NCBI GenBank assembly: GCA_965200315.1
Contig: OZ241362.1
Span: 1,280,001 to 1,344,000 of the forward strand
Reading direction: 5' to 3'
DNA: 64,000 bases
DNA from: Candidatus Latescibacterota bacterium
Lineage (GTDB): Bacteria > Latescibacterota > UBA2968 > UBA8231
Below, piece by piece: positions 40,816 to 49,539 of the stretch. The stretch's first letter is position 1. Each line of letters begins with the position of its first letter. The position numbers and the translations under genes were made by a program. The notes beneath the pieces are model-generated. The model did not search any database, was not told the origin of the DNA, and saw only the letters and a program-made list of their open reading frames with translations.

Positions 40816-41807
40816 TAGGGAGTGCCGGTCAGGGTTTTCAGTTCGTCCCAAAAGGCTTCGACATTGTCGCGGCGGATGGACCGCGCCGGCACGTCGAGCA
40901 CTCCCCCCTCGGGCAAAACCGAGCGGTCGCCGCGAGCGAGGGCGGCGAGGATGCGCACCGACTCGTACCCGTAGCGGTACGGGTTTTGCACCACCGTGCC
41001 GTAGATGTGGCCGTCGATAATGCCTTGGAGGGTGGGAGCTTCCTCGTCAAAAGCGATGATTTGGATCTGGCCGGTCTTGCCGGCTTCCTTGATCGCTTCG
41101 AGACACATCGGCGGATTGTAGGCAAATAGGCCGACGACGCCGTGGAGGTCCGGGTACTTGGCCATGGCGTCTTCGACTTGGGCCTTGGCTTTAGCGTAAT
41201 CGAACTGGTCGGTGCGGGTGTCGAGAATGGTGTATTGGTCGCCGGTGATCGGGCCGCTGTTGGGGTCGCGGCGCGTCGGGTCAAAGGAGCGGTCGAGCAG
41301 TTCGTCAATGAGGCCCTGGCGGCGCTGGCGGGCGTTGAGCTGTTCGAGGCGGCCGACGAAGATCATGATATTGCCGCCATCGGGCAGGGCTTCTTTGACC
41401 AATGCCCCACAGGCGCGGCCGGCCGAGTAGTTGTCGATGCCAATAAAGCAAAGGCGGTTGCTCTTTGGAGCATCCGAGTCGTGGGTGAGCAGGTGGGTGT
41501 GCGCGGCGGCCTCGTTGAGCAAGTTGGTTTGATTGTCCGGGTCAATAGGGCTTATGGCCATGCCGTCGATGCCACGGGCCAGCAGGGCTTGGACGATGCG
41601 CTTCTGATCGGCGACTCCTTCGCCAGGCATTTGCACCTCCGCGGCGGCGGCAAATTCGGCCGCCGCCGCTTCAACTCCTTTGGCGGCAATGGTCCAAAAG
41701 GGACCAACGCCATTGGTTACAAAGGCGATTTGGGGGTTGGCCGCCGGTTGCGGCGCGTCGCTACAGGCGAACAAAAGCAAGGCGAGGAGCAAAAGGGGCG
41801 TTTTCAT
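40815..41807 (-). CDS. Sugar ABC transporter substrate-binding lipoprotein
   Basis: MKTPLLLL..LFAC lipobox; periplasmic-binding motifs (FWT, THDSD, VVQNPYRYG). Confidence 0.88.
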   Translation of the reverse strand: MKTPLLLLALLLFACSDAPQPAANPQIAFVTNGVGPFWTIAAKGVEAAAAEFAAAAEVQMPGEGVADQKRIVQALLARGIDGMAISPIDPDNQTNLLNEAAAHTHLLTHDSDAPKSNRLCFIGIDNYSAGRACGALVKEALPDGGNIMIFVGRLEQLNARQRRQGLIDELLDRSFDPTRRDPNSGPITGDQYTILDTRTDQFDYAKAKAQVEDAMAKYPDLHGVVGLFAYNPPMCLEAIKEAGKTGQIQIIAFDEEAPTLQGIIDGHIYGTVVQNPYRYGYESVRILAALARGDRSVLPEGGVLDVPARSIRRDNVEAFWDELKTLTGTP

Positions 41808-41959
41808 AATGTATCTCGCTAGAGAGTTTAAGGGACGACGCCTTCGACGGGGACAGGATACCCGCAGAAGCAACGCTCGTGGTTGCCCCTGCAACTGCGG
41901 AATGCCTATGTTACGTCCGGCAAAAAGGAAGCGCAAGCACAACAACCCAAGGAGGGGCC

Positions 41960-43054
41960 ATGCAAAAACCCAGTTCAATAGTACTGGCGGTCGCCTTGGC
42001 TGCCACCGCAGGAGAGGCTAACGTGAGCAAAGACCGCTTTGGAACGACCGCGGCGGGACAGCCCGTCGATCGCTATACCCTCACAAACGACCGCGGCACC
42101 ATCGCCCGCGTCATCACCTATGGCGGGATCATCACCGAACTCCTCGTGCGCGATCGCGCCGGAACGCTGGGCGACGTGGTGCTGGGCTTTGACCGCTTGG
42201 AGCAGTACGAGAAGGAGAATCCGTACTTCGGCTGTATCACCGGGCGGGTCGCCAACCGCATCGCCGGCGGCAAATTCTCCCTCGATGGCCAAGAGTACAA
42301 GCTCGCCGTCAACAACGGCCCCAATCACCTGCACGGCGGGCTTGTGGGCTTCGACAAAGTCGTCTGGAACGCCGAGGTCGTGGATGATAAACGCGGACCG
42401 GCCGTGCGCCTACATTACGTGAGTCCAGACGGCGAGGAGGGCTATCCGGGCACCGTGCCGGTGAGCGTGACGTACATCTTGACCCCCGACGACGAACTAG
42501 TCATCGCATACGAGGCGACCACGGACCAGCCCACGCCGATCAACCTGACCAACCACTCCTATTTCAACTTGGCCGGCAGCGGCTCCGTCCTCGGGCACAT
42601 CCTCACGCTCCACGCCCGCTACTACACAGAGCCGGACGCCAACCAAGTCCCCACGGGGCGCATCTTGCCGGTGGCGGGCACCCCCCTCGACTTTGGCAAA
42701 CCATCCGCCATTGGCGGGCGGATCGGGCAGCTTGCCATCGGCGGCTACGACCACAACTACGTGCTCGACAATGGGGGGCGGGCTGAGCCGGGGCTGGCCG
42801 CCGCGGTGTACGAACCGGAGAGCGGGCGGGTGATGGAGCTGTACACCACCGAGCCGGGCGTACAGTTTTACTCGGCCATCCACCTCGACGGCGTACTGGG
42901 CAAGGACGAGACGCGCTACGATCAGTACCACGGCCTGTGCTTAGAGACCCAGCACTATCCCGACTCGATCAACCAGCCGGGCTTCCCGTCGGTGGTGCTG
43001 CGTCCGGGAGAAACCTACCGGACGGTTACCATACACAAGTTTTCGACGCGATAA
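41960..43054 (+). CDS. galM: Aldose 1-epimerase (galactose mutarotase) with short signal-like N-terminus
   Basis: GRVANRI, NHLHGG, NLTNHSYFNL, GYDHNY, CLETQHYPDS; AAGGAGG RBS. Confidence 0.92.
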   Translation: MQKPSSIVLAVALAATAGEANVSKDRFGTTAAGQPVDRYTLTNDRGTIARVITYGGIITELLVRDRAGTLGDVVLGFDRLEQYEKENPYFGCITGRVANRIAGGKFSLDGQEYKLAVNNGPNHLHGGLVGFDKVVWNAEVVDDKRGPAVRLHYVSPDGEEGYPGTVPVSVTYILTPDDELVIAYEATTDQPTPINLTNHSYFNLAGSGSVLGHILTLHARYYTEPDANQVPTGRILPVAGTPLDFGKPSAIGGRIGQLAIGGYDHNYVLDNGGRAEPGLAAAVYEPESGRVMELYTTEPGVQFYSAIHLDGVLGKDETRYDQYHGLCLETQHYPDSINQPGFPSVVLRPGETYRTVTIHKFSTR

Positions 43055-43063
43055 AGAGCCACC

Positions 43064-43822
43064 TTAGCCCGTCCAAGGCTCGGGATCGGCGAACAGGCAG
43101 CGGGCGGCCGGGCGCAAGCGCCGCTCGGCGGCCGGGCTGAGGGCACTGGAAAAGACCATGTACGGGTCGTCGCGACGGCAGAAAAAACTGGTGAGGCTGA
43201 GGCGACGGCTAGTGCTGCGGTTGCCGGTGGTGCCGTGCCAGACGTGGCTGTTAAAGACAGCAACCGTGCCAGCCGCACCGAGCAACAGCTTTTGCCGCGG
43301 GTGGTCCGCGGCGGCATCCTCCAGCCCCTCTTTGGGCTCTTGACCACTCCGATGAGTGCCGGGAATCACGCGCGTGGCTCCGTTTTCCGGCGTGAATTCC
43401 GTCAGCATCCACAGCGAGTTGCACACGGCGTAGTATTCCGCTTGGGGCGCGGGGCCGTTGTAATCGACGTGTAGGGCCTGCTGTTCACCACCGGGCGGAT
43501 GGGGCCGGCCGTGTACGCCAAAGGACTTAATAGTGCCGTCCAAGACGTGGCAGATGGCGGCCAGAACGCGCGGATGGGTAAAGCAGATGTCGAGACCGGC
43601 GACTTTGTTCTGCATGTAGCTAGATTCGGCCGGGCCATCCTTTTGCCCCGTGCCCTCGGCCGCGTACACCGCGTCCATCGCCCGGCCTATCGCGGTGATC
43701 TGCGCGGCCGAGAGGATATTCGGCAGGAGCACATAGCCCTCGCGATCCAAGTGCGTTTTCTCGGCTTCGGAGAGCGTGTCGTCGCGCACCCCCAACTCGT
43801 ATAAGGCTTCCTGTAGCGTCAT
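43064..43822 (-). CDS. PhyH family dioxygenase
   Basis: QALHVD, FTPENGATRVIPGTH, VWHG. Confidence 0.88.
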   Translation of the reverse strand: MTLQEALYELGVRDDTLSEAEKTHLDREGYVLLPNILSAAQITAIGRAMDAVYAAEGTGQKDGPAESSYMQNKVAGLDICFTHPRVLAAICHVLDGTIKSFGVHGRPHPPGGEQQALHVDYNGPAPQAEYYAVCNSLWMLTEFTPENGATRVIPGTHRSGQEPKEGLEDAAADHPRQKLLLGAAGTVAVFNSHVWHGTTGNRSTSRRLSLTSFFCRRDDPYMVFSSALSPAAERRLRPAARCLFADPEPWTG

Positions 43823-44004
43823 CCTCGACTCCTTCGTTGCAGGCGGTAGCCTTCTTTAATAGTCCTAAACGGGTGAGACGCCCGCGCACCCCGCCAGCCC
43901 GCGCAGGCTTCCCACTGAGTCCAGCCCCGATGCTAAGGAGACGACGCGGGTCATGGCTAGAGCCGCCAAAGCATCAGCACTATTGCGCCGATAAAGGTGA
44001 AATT

Positions 44005-44135
44005 GGGCAGCGATGTCCGTTTGCCGCGGCTCAAGCAGGCGGCAAAGTCCAAAACGGCGAGGATGTCCTGCGCCTCAAGATCGCCTCGACGGGAACCGCA
44101 GGCTGCAAATGCCGGGTACGGCGCGATTCGCCGGC
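44005..44135 (-). pseudogene. DUF433 (antitoxin-like) relic
   Basis: PGIC..LRFP / (V)EAIL followed by DLEAQDILAVLDFAACLSRGKRT; middle deleted. Confidence 0.55.
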
Positions 44136-44141
44136 AAACCG

Positions 44142-45149
44142 TCAAGCGATTGCGTCCTGTTTCAAACACCCGACCACCTCGTACAGGGTAGTGCAAACGC
44201 GCTCGCCGGCCGCCGTACAAAGCCGCCAAACCGTACCGTCGCTGTCGTGGATGACCTCGACGCACGTCGGCGCGCTGTCCGCCACGCGAAAACCGGCCCG
44301 TGCCAACGCACGCGTCGTCCACAGGACAGGAAGCCCTTCGCCCACTAAGCCGACGGCCCCTTCCGGCTCTTGCGCCAGATGGAAAGAGCCAATGGCCGGG
44401 TCGAATTCCACGTCCGCAAACGTCCGCTGAAAAGCTCCGCTCAACACCAAGTCCTCCGGTGCCCCGGTTTGCAAAGGGCCATCCAGCGGCAGCAGCCAGA
44501 GGCGGTCGGCGCAGCGCAAGGCCAAGTCCAAATCGTGCGTGGAAAGCAAGACGGCACGAGCGCGAGCGCCGGCCAAACGGCGCAACAACTGCACGATTTC
44601 GACGCGCCGCGGCAAATCCAAAAAGGCCGTCGGCTCGTCGAGGAGCAGCACGGCTGGTTCCTGCGCCAAAGCGCGGGCAATCATCACCTTTTGCCGCTCG
44701 CCATCGCTCAGTTCGCCAACGCTGCGCCCGGCCAAGTCCCTAGCCCCCACCGCGTCAATAGCCCAGCGCACCACCTCTTCGTCGGCAGCAGCAAGACGGC
44801 CGTCCCAACCCGTGTACGGATAGCGGCCCAGCGCCACGAGTGCATAGGCCGACAAGTTGCCCACTTCTACCCGCTCGGTCAGGACTAAGCCCAACAGCCG
44901 CGCCCGCTCGCGCTCGCTCAGCCCGTGCAAGTCGCGGCCCTCAAGGAGCACCTCGCCAGCCAGCGGCTTTTGCAGGCCAGCCAAAGTGCGCATGAGCGTG
45001 GATTTGCCCGCCCCATTAGGACCCAACAAGCAGACCAGTTCCCCCTTGAGTAATTCCAAGCCAAGGTTCGCGGCCACGGCGATGCGCGGGCGGCGCTTGG
45101 GCGCGTAGCCAATGCACAGACCGCGCGTTTGTAGAATGGTCGCGGCCAC
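44142..45149 (-). CDS. Cobalamin/Fe-siderophore ABC ATPase (BtuD-like)
   Basis: GPNGAGKST, LSDGERQKVMIARALAQEP, STHDL; likely GTG start. Confidence 0.88.
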   Translation of the reverse strand: MAATILQTRGLCIGYAPKRRPRIAVAANLGLELLKGELVCLLGPNGAGKSTLMRTLAGLQKPLAGEVLLEGRDLHGLSERERARLLGLVLTERVEVGNLSAYALVALGRYPYTGWDGRLAAADEEVVRWAIDAVGARDLAGRSVGELSDGERQKVMIARALAQEPAVLLLDEPTAFLDLPRRVEIVQLLRRLAGARARAVLLSTHDLDLALRCADRLWLLPLDGPLQTGAPEDLVLSGAFQRTFADVEFDPAIGSFHLAQEPEGAVGLVGEGLPVLWTTRALARAGFRVADSAPTCVEVIHDSDGTVWRLCTAAGERVCTTLYEVVGCLKQDAIA

Positions 45150-45154
45150 GGCAC

Positions 45155-46243
45155 TCAGGCGGCAAAGGCCGGCCGCAAGGTGCGGCGGCGCAGGATGATC
45201 CAAGTGACCACGGGCGCACCGATCAGAGCGGTGACCGCGTTGAGCGGCAGGGTGGCCTCGCTGCCGGGCAAACGGGCCACTAAGTCCGCAGTTAGGGCCA
45301 AAATGCCGCCCAAGAGCACACTGGCCGGCAGCAGTACGCGGTAATCCGAAGTGTTGAAGAGGGCGCGGCACAAATGCGGCACGGCCACACCCAAAAACCC
45401 AATGGGACCGCAATAGGCCGTGACTGCGCCAGCGAGCAACGCGGCGCTCGCAATGATCCACAATCGCGCCCGTCGCGCCCCCAAGCCCATGCTGCGTGCA
45501 TAGGTTTCGCCGAGCAGCAAGGCGTTGAGCGGCTTAACGAGCAGTCCGGCAATCCCTAAACCCACCAGCACCACCGGCGCTAAAAAGGTGAGTTGACCCC
45601 AAGCGACCGCGCCAAAGCTGCCAAAGGTCCACAGGACATAAGTCTGTACCTGTTCGGGGATGCTGAAGTAGAGCAACACGCTGACTATGGCACTGGTCAG
45701 ATAGCCGAACATGAGGCCGAGGATGAGCAAGGTCATGGTATGTTGCACGCGCCGCCCCACGAAAAGCACCAAGCCCAACACCGCCGCGGCCCCGGCCACG
45801 GCGGCGGCCACCACGCCAACTTGGCCCAAAAGCCCCAGACCGGCCAACAACCCAGCCCCACTGACGCCCGTGCCCAAGACGACCAACGCCACACCCAGAC
45901 TGGCGCCGGCGCTAATGCCGAGGATGAAGGGGTCGGCGAGGGGATTGCGGAACAGGGTCTGCATCTGCAAACCACTGGCGCTCAGGGCCGCGCCGGCCAA
46001 CAGCGCGGTCAGCGCACGCGGCAGGCGGATCGCGTAGATGATATGGCTCCAACTCGGCTTTTGGCCGGCTTCACCCCACAGGATGGCGACCACCGCATCG
46101 AGGGGAATGGCCACCGACCCCACGCCCAAACTGATGGCAAAAAAGCCGCACAAGGCCGCGGCCATCCCAAAGAAGAGTCCCCAGCGCGGCCCCAACCGGG
46201 GCCAAGGGGTGCGCTGTGCATCGGTGGTAGAAGCAGGCACCAC
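45155..46243 (-). CDS. FecCD/BtuC-family permease
   Basis: IRLPRALTALLAGAAL, QTLFRNPLADP, GPIGFLGVAVPHL. Confidence 0.92.
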   Translation of the reverse strand: MVPASTTDAQRTPWPRLGPRWGLFFGMAAALCGFFAISLGVGSVAIPLDAVVAILWGEAGQKPSWSHIIYAIRLPRALTALLAGAALSASGLQMQTLFRNPLADPFILGISAGASLGVALVVLGTGVSGAGLLAGLGLLGQVGVVAAAVAGAAAVLGLVLFVGRRVQHTMTLLILGLMFGYLTSAIVSVLLYFSIPEQVQTYVLWTFGSFGAVAWGQLTFLAPVVLVGLGIAGLLVKPLNALLLGETYARSMGLGARRARLWIIASAALLAGAVTAYCGPIGFLGVAVPHLCRALFNTSDYRVLLPASVLLGGILALTADLVARLPGSEATLPLNAVTALIGAPVVTWIILRRRTLRPAFAA

Positions 46244-46249
46244 GGCGTC

Positions 46250-47440
46250 TCAGTCTAGCTTTTGATAGAATTTGAGCGCGTGCTCCGGCAGGCGGTCGGG
46301 ATGCAGAATCTTTATCAAATCGGCCAGCACGATATGGGGTTCGATAAGGCCGCTTTCCCAGTAGTCGTTGCCGCCGTGCGCGTTGAGCCGGGCATTGGCA
46401 TTGTACACTCGGCCGCTGTCAAACGCGGCAAACGCCGCGTAGCGCTCGTCCGCGGCCTGCACGTCGGCCAGCGAATGCCATTCGTTGAGCATGGTCAGCC
46501 ACACGTCGGCCGCGTGGGCCTTTTCGTACACGGCCTCAAAGTCCAAAGGCAAGCTCCCGGCGGAACCGTCGTCGGCCCATGGGTACGCACCGCCGGCCGC
46601 GGCGATCAATTGCGCCGCATAGCTCTTGCCGCCGGCGACGTGCCAAGTGTCGCGCCAGAGGGAGCCGCCAAACACCGTGGGGCGTTGGGGCGTTGGCACC
46701 TCCTGCACCAAAGCCGCGTATTGCCGGTACTGAGCCGCAATATCCGCAAAGCGTTTTTCCGCCAAAGCCTCGGCGTTGAAAAAGGCCGCGGTGAACTTGA
46801 GCCATTCCGTGCGGCCCAACAGCGCCGGCTCTGTGTACTCGGCGTTGATGGCCACGGCCACGCCGGCTTGCTGCAAAACCGGGTGGGCGTTGTACTGGGA
46901 TTGGGCCGCGGCCACAGTCATTACTACGTCAATCTCCAATTCCAGCACTAATTCGAGATTGACCCCGGCACCGTGGCCAATTTCGGCGATTTTGCCGGCC
47001 GCAAAGCGCTGGTTGATGTTAGGCGAATGCACCATTCCAACGTCGCTGACTGCCACTAGGTTTTCGAGCGCGTCGAGCAATTCGAGGTGCGGCAATTGGG
47101 TCGTCGATAGGGCCGCGAGGCGACGAATGGGCACGGTGATGCGCTGCACGCCGTCGTATCCGGCGGGTGCGGGAGTGCCGCACTGGACCAATAGGTACTG
47201 GACGGCTTCTTGCGCCCCGGGCCACGGAGTATGCACGGTGACCACTTTGTAGTTGTCGAAGTATTCAATCGCAAAGCTCTCGGCGTATTGCAGTTCGACC
47301 TTGTGGGGAAAATAGTCCTGCGCCGGATCGTAGGTATCGACGCAATCGGCCCCGTTCGCCGCCGCCGCGCCAAAAGCCAGCCACGCCCCAAAACACACGC
47401 CGCCGCGAAAAATCGCCCCGACCAAAATCCACTTACGCAT
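46250..47440 (-). CDS. Cobalamin-binding periplasmic protein (BtuF-like)
   Basis: Signal peptide; LGRTEWLKF, GGNDYWESG..EPHIVLADLIKILHP; operon context. Confidence 0.85.
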   Translation of the reverse strand: MRKWILVGAIFRGGVCFGAWLAFGAAAANGADCVDTYDPAQDYFPHKVELQYAESFAIEYFDNYKVVTVHTPWPGAQEAVQYLLVQCGTPAPAGYDGVQRITVPIRRLAALSTTQLPHLELLDALENLVAVSDVGMVHSPNINQRFAAGKIAEIGHGAGVNLELVLELEIDVVMTVAAAQSQYNAHPVLQQAGVAVAINAEYTEPALLGRTEWLKFTAAFFNAEALAEKRFADIAAQYRQYAALVQEVPTPQRPTVFGGSLWRDTWHVAGGKSYAAQLIAAAGGAYPWADDGSAGSLPLDFEAVYEKAHAADVWLTMLNEWHSLADVQAADERYAAFAAFDSGRVYNANARLNAHGGNDYWESGLIEPHIVLADLIKILHPDRLPEHALKFYQKLD

Positions 47441-47999
47441 CGTCTGCGCCCTCCCCCGGCTTCCACAACACATCCGCTTCCCCGCCATCGTTGGCGGCCC
47501 GTGCCATCGCGAACAGCAAGTCGGAGAGCCGGTTGAGATACAGCAGAACCGGCTCTCCGACTTGCTCTTGTTCCGCGAGTTGCCAAGCGGCACGCTCAGC
47601 GCGCCGACACACCGTCCGCGCCAAGTGGAGCCAAGCAGCGGGAAGCCGTCCCCCAGGCAAGATAAAGCTCCGCAAAGGGGCCAAATTTCGCGTGAGATCG
47701 TCAATTTGCTGCTCTAGGAAAAGGACTTGCTGCGGCTGTACGCGCAGACGCTCCTCTTCGCCAGCCGCCTGCGGGACGCACAAATCGGCCCCCAAGTCGA
47801 AAAGATCGTTTTGCACCCGAGCGAGCACATCGTCGTGTTTTCCACCGCTGGCCCGGGCCAACCCGATCACCGAGTTCAGCTCATCTACGCACCCATAAGC
47901 GGCGATGCGAGCACTCGTCTTGGGCACTTGCGACATATCGCCCAGCCGCGTCATCCCACCATCGCCCGTCTTGGTGTAGAGCTTAGATAGCGTAACCAT
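47433..47999 (-). CDS. pduO: PduO-type cob(I)alamin adenosyltransferase
   Basis: KLYTKTGDGG, AYGCVDELNS, FILPGG, RTVCRRAER, YLNRLSDLLF. Confidence 0.92.
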   Translation of the reverse strand: MVTLSKLYTKTGDGGMTRLGDMSQVPKTSARIAAYGCVDELNSVIGLARASGGKHDDVLARVQNDLFDLGADLCVPQAAGEEERLRVQPQQVLFLEQQIDDLTRNLAPLRSFILPGGRLPAAWLHLARTVCRRAERAAWQLAEQEQVGEPVLLYLNRLSDLLFAMARAANDGGEADVLWKPGEGADDA

Positions 48000-48078
48000 G
48001 CCTGTTGCCTTTCCCTCGTTTATTTATCCTTGTTCAGCTTCGGCCGTCCTAGACACAACCGTCATCGGCGCGACCCGC

Positions 48079-49488
48079 TCATTTAATCAACATCACCTTG
48101 CCCACCGCCCGTTGACTGCCAGCGCGCAACTGCACCAGATACGCGCCATTGCCCACCGGCTCACCTGCGGCATTGCGACCGTCCCAGTGGAGAAGGTGTC
48201 TCCCGGCGTTCATCGGGCCGGAAGTCAGGGTGCGGACGGTGCGGCCCAAGACATCGTGGACTGTTAATTCGACCGGGGTATTGGTCCGCCAGACCGCAAA
48301 GGGAATCTGCACCGAAGCATTGAAGGGATTGGGATAGGCCGCTTCCAAGGCGAACTCCCGCGGCAAGCCATCGGCAGCGGTCTCCTCCACAGCCGTGGGA
48401 ACGGCCGCATCTCCCAAGACCACAATATCCTGCGGCGGCAAGCCGGTATCGATGGGGCCGCGCAGAAACGCGCCGGTAGCCGCGTCGTAGAATTTGAGCC
48501 CGGCCGCATCCGGGGCGGCAAAACTGCCGCGATCGGCGACTATCAGGCGATCGCCATCTACGGCCAAGCTGGAGATAAAACCGCCGCTAATATGTTCCAA
48601 CGGTGCCCCCACAGTGCCACTAGAGAGTTCAAAAGGCCGGACGCTGTTGGCGAAATTCTCGTCCGCGACTATGGCATAGCCCCGGTTTTGCGCGACGAGC
48701 ACCATGGACGTAATATCGCCGCCCAAGTCCTCTTCACTGACGGCCAATCCAAGGCTGCGGTTGGTGGCCGTATCGACGATTTCCACGCCGCCAGCGCGGT
48801 CGCCAAAACCGGCCACTGCGCCCACGACAATCCGCTCGCCGGCGACGGCCATGCTGTTAGGATTGGCAACACTCAGCGCGATGCCTTGCACTCCCTCGGC
48901 GTCGAGGTCCACATCAACCAAAGTATCCGTCGCTATATCGACGACGATCAAGTAGCTGACGTCAGCCGGTCCCCAGCCACCGTTGCGGTCGAGGCGCTGG
49001 CAGCTCAGGTAGAGCCGCTCGCCCACGCGGACGATTTGCGACACTTCGGGCAGGCCATCCGCGTCGGCGAAAGCACTCAGATCAATCTCGCCCAATTCCG
49101 CGCCGTCTTGGGGATTGACGATCAGCAGGGACGCCGTGTCGTAGCGCGTCACATACGCTTTGTCGGGTGCGACGATCTCTATGTCGTGCGGATTGGCACC
49201 ATTGCCCACCGAAAACTGAGTCAGCGGAGTGTGCAAATCCATCGCGTCCAAGACCAAGATATTGTCCTGCCCGAAGCGGTTGACGATATAGACGCGGCCG
49301 TTGTGGTAGTGCCCCACTGCGTCCGAGTGGATGCCCAACAGATTCACTTCGGCCTCGGCCGCATTCGCGGCCAAAAAAGCCGTGCTGCCGGTGGAAAAGT
49401 CCGTAGTGATGACGAAGAGGTCGCTCTGCGCCGACGACGAGTTCGCCAGCAGCAAGACAGAGACAGCCAAAATGTAAATGCGATACAC
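48079..49488 (-). CDS. YncE-like beta-propeller with C-terminal FlgD/T9SS type A-like domain (putative surface B12-binding protein)
   Basis: Signal peptide; ANPHDI, KAYVTRY, GEIDLS propeller-like blades; AYPNPFN...HDVLGRTVRTL...WDGRN. Confidence 0.75.
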   Translation of the reverse strand: MYRIYILAVSVLLLANSSSAQSDLFVITTDFSTGSTAFLAANAAEAEVNLLGIHSDAVGHYHNGRVYIVNRFGQDNILVLDAMDLHTPLTQFSVGNGANPHDIEIVAPDKAYVTRYDTASLLIVNPQDGAELGEIDLSAFADADGLPEVSQIVRVGERLYLSCQRLDRNGGWGPADVSYLIVVDIATDTLVDVDLDAEGVQGIALSVANPNSMAVAGERIVVGAVAGFGDRAGGVEIVDTATNRSLGLAVSEEDLGGDITSMVLVAQNRGYAIVADENFANSVRPFELSSGTVGAPLEHISGGFISSLAVDGDRLIVADRGSFAAPDAAGLKFYDAATGAFLRGPIDTGLPPQDIVVLGDAAVPTAVEETAADGLPREFALEAAYPNPFNASVQIPFAVWRTNTPVELTVHDVLGRTVRTLTSGPMNAGRHLLHWDGRNAAGEPVGNGAYLVQLRAGSQRAVGKVMLIK

Positions 49489-49539
49489 GAAAATTCTCCT
49501 CAGTTAGTGGTTAGTAGAAGCGTCCCACGAGGGTTGCCC

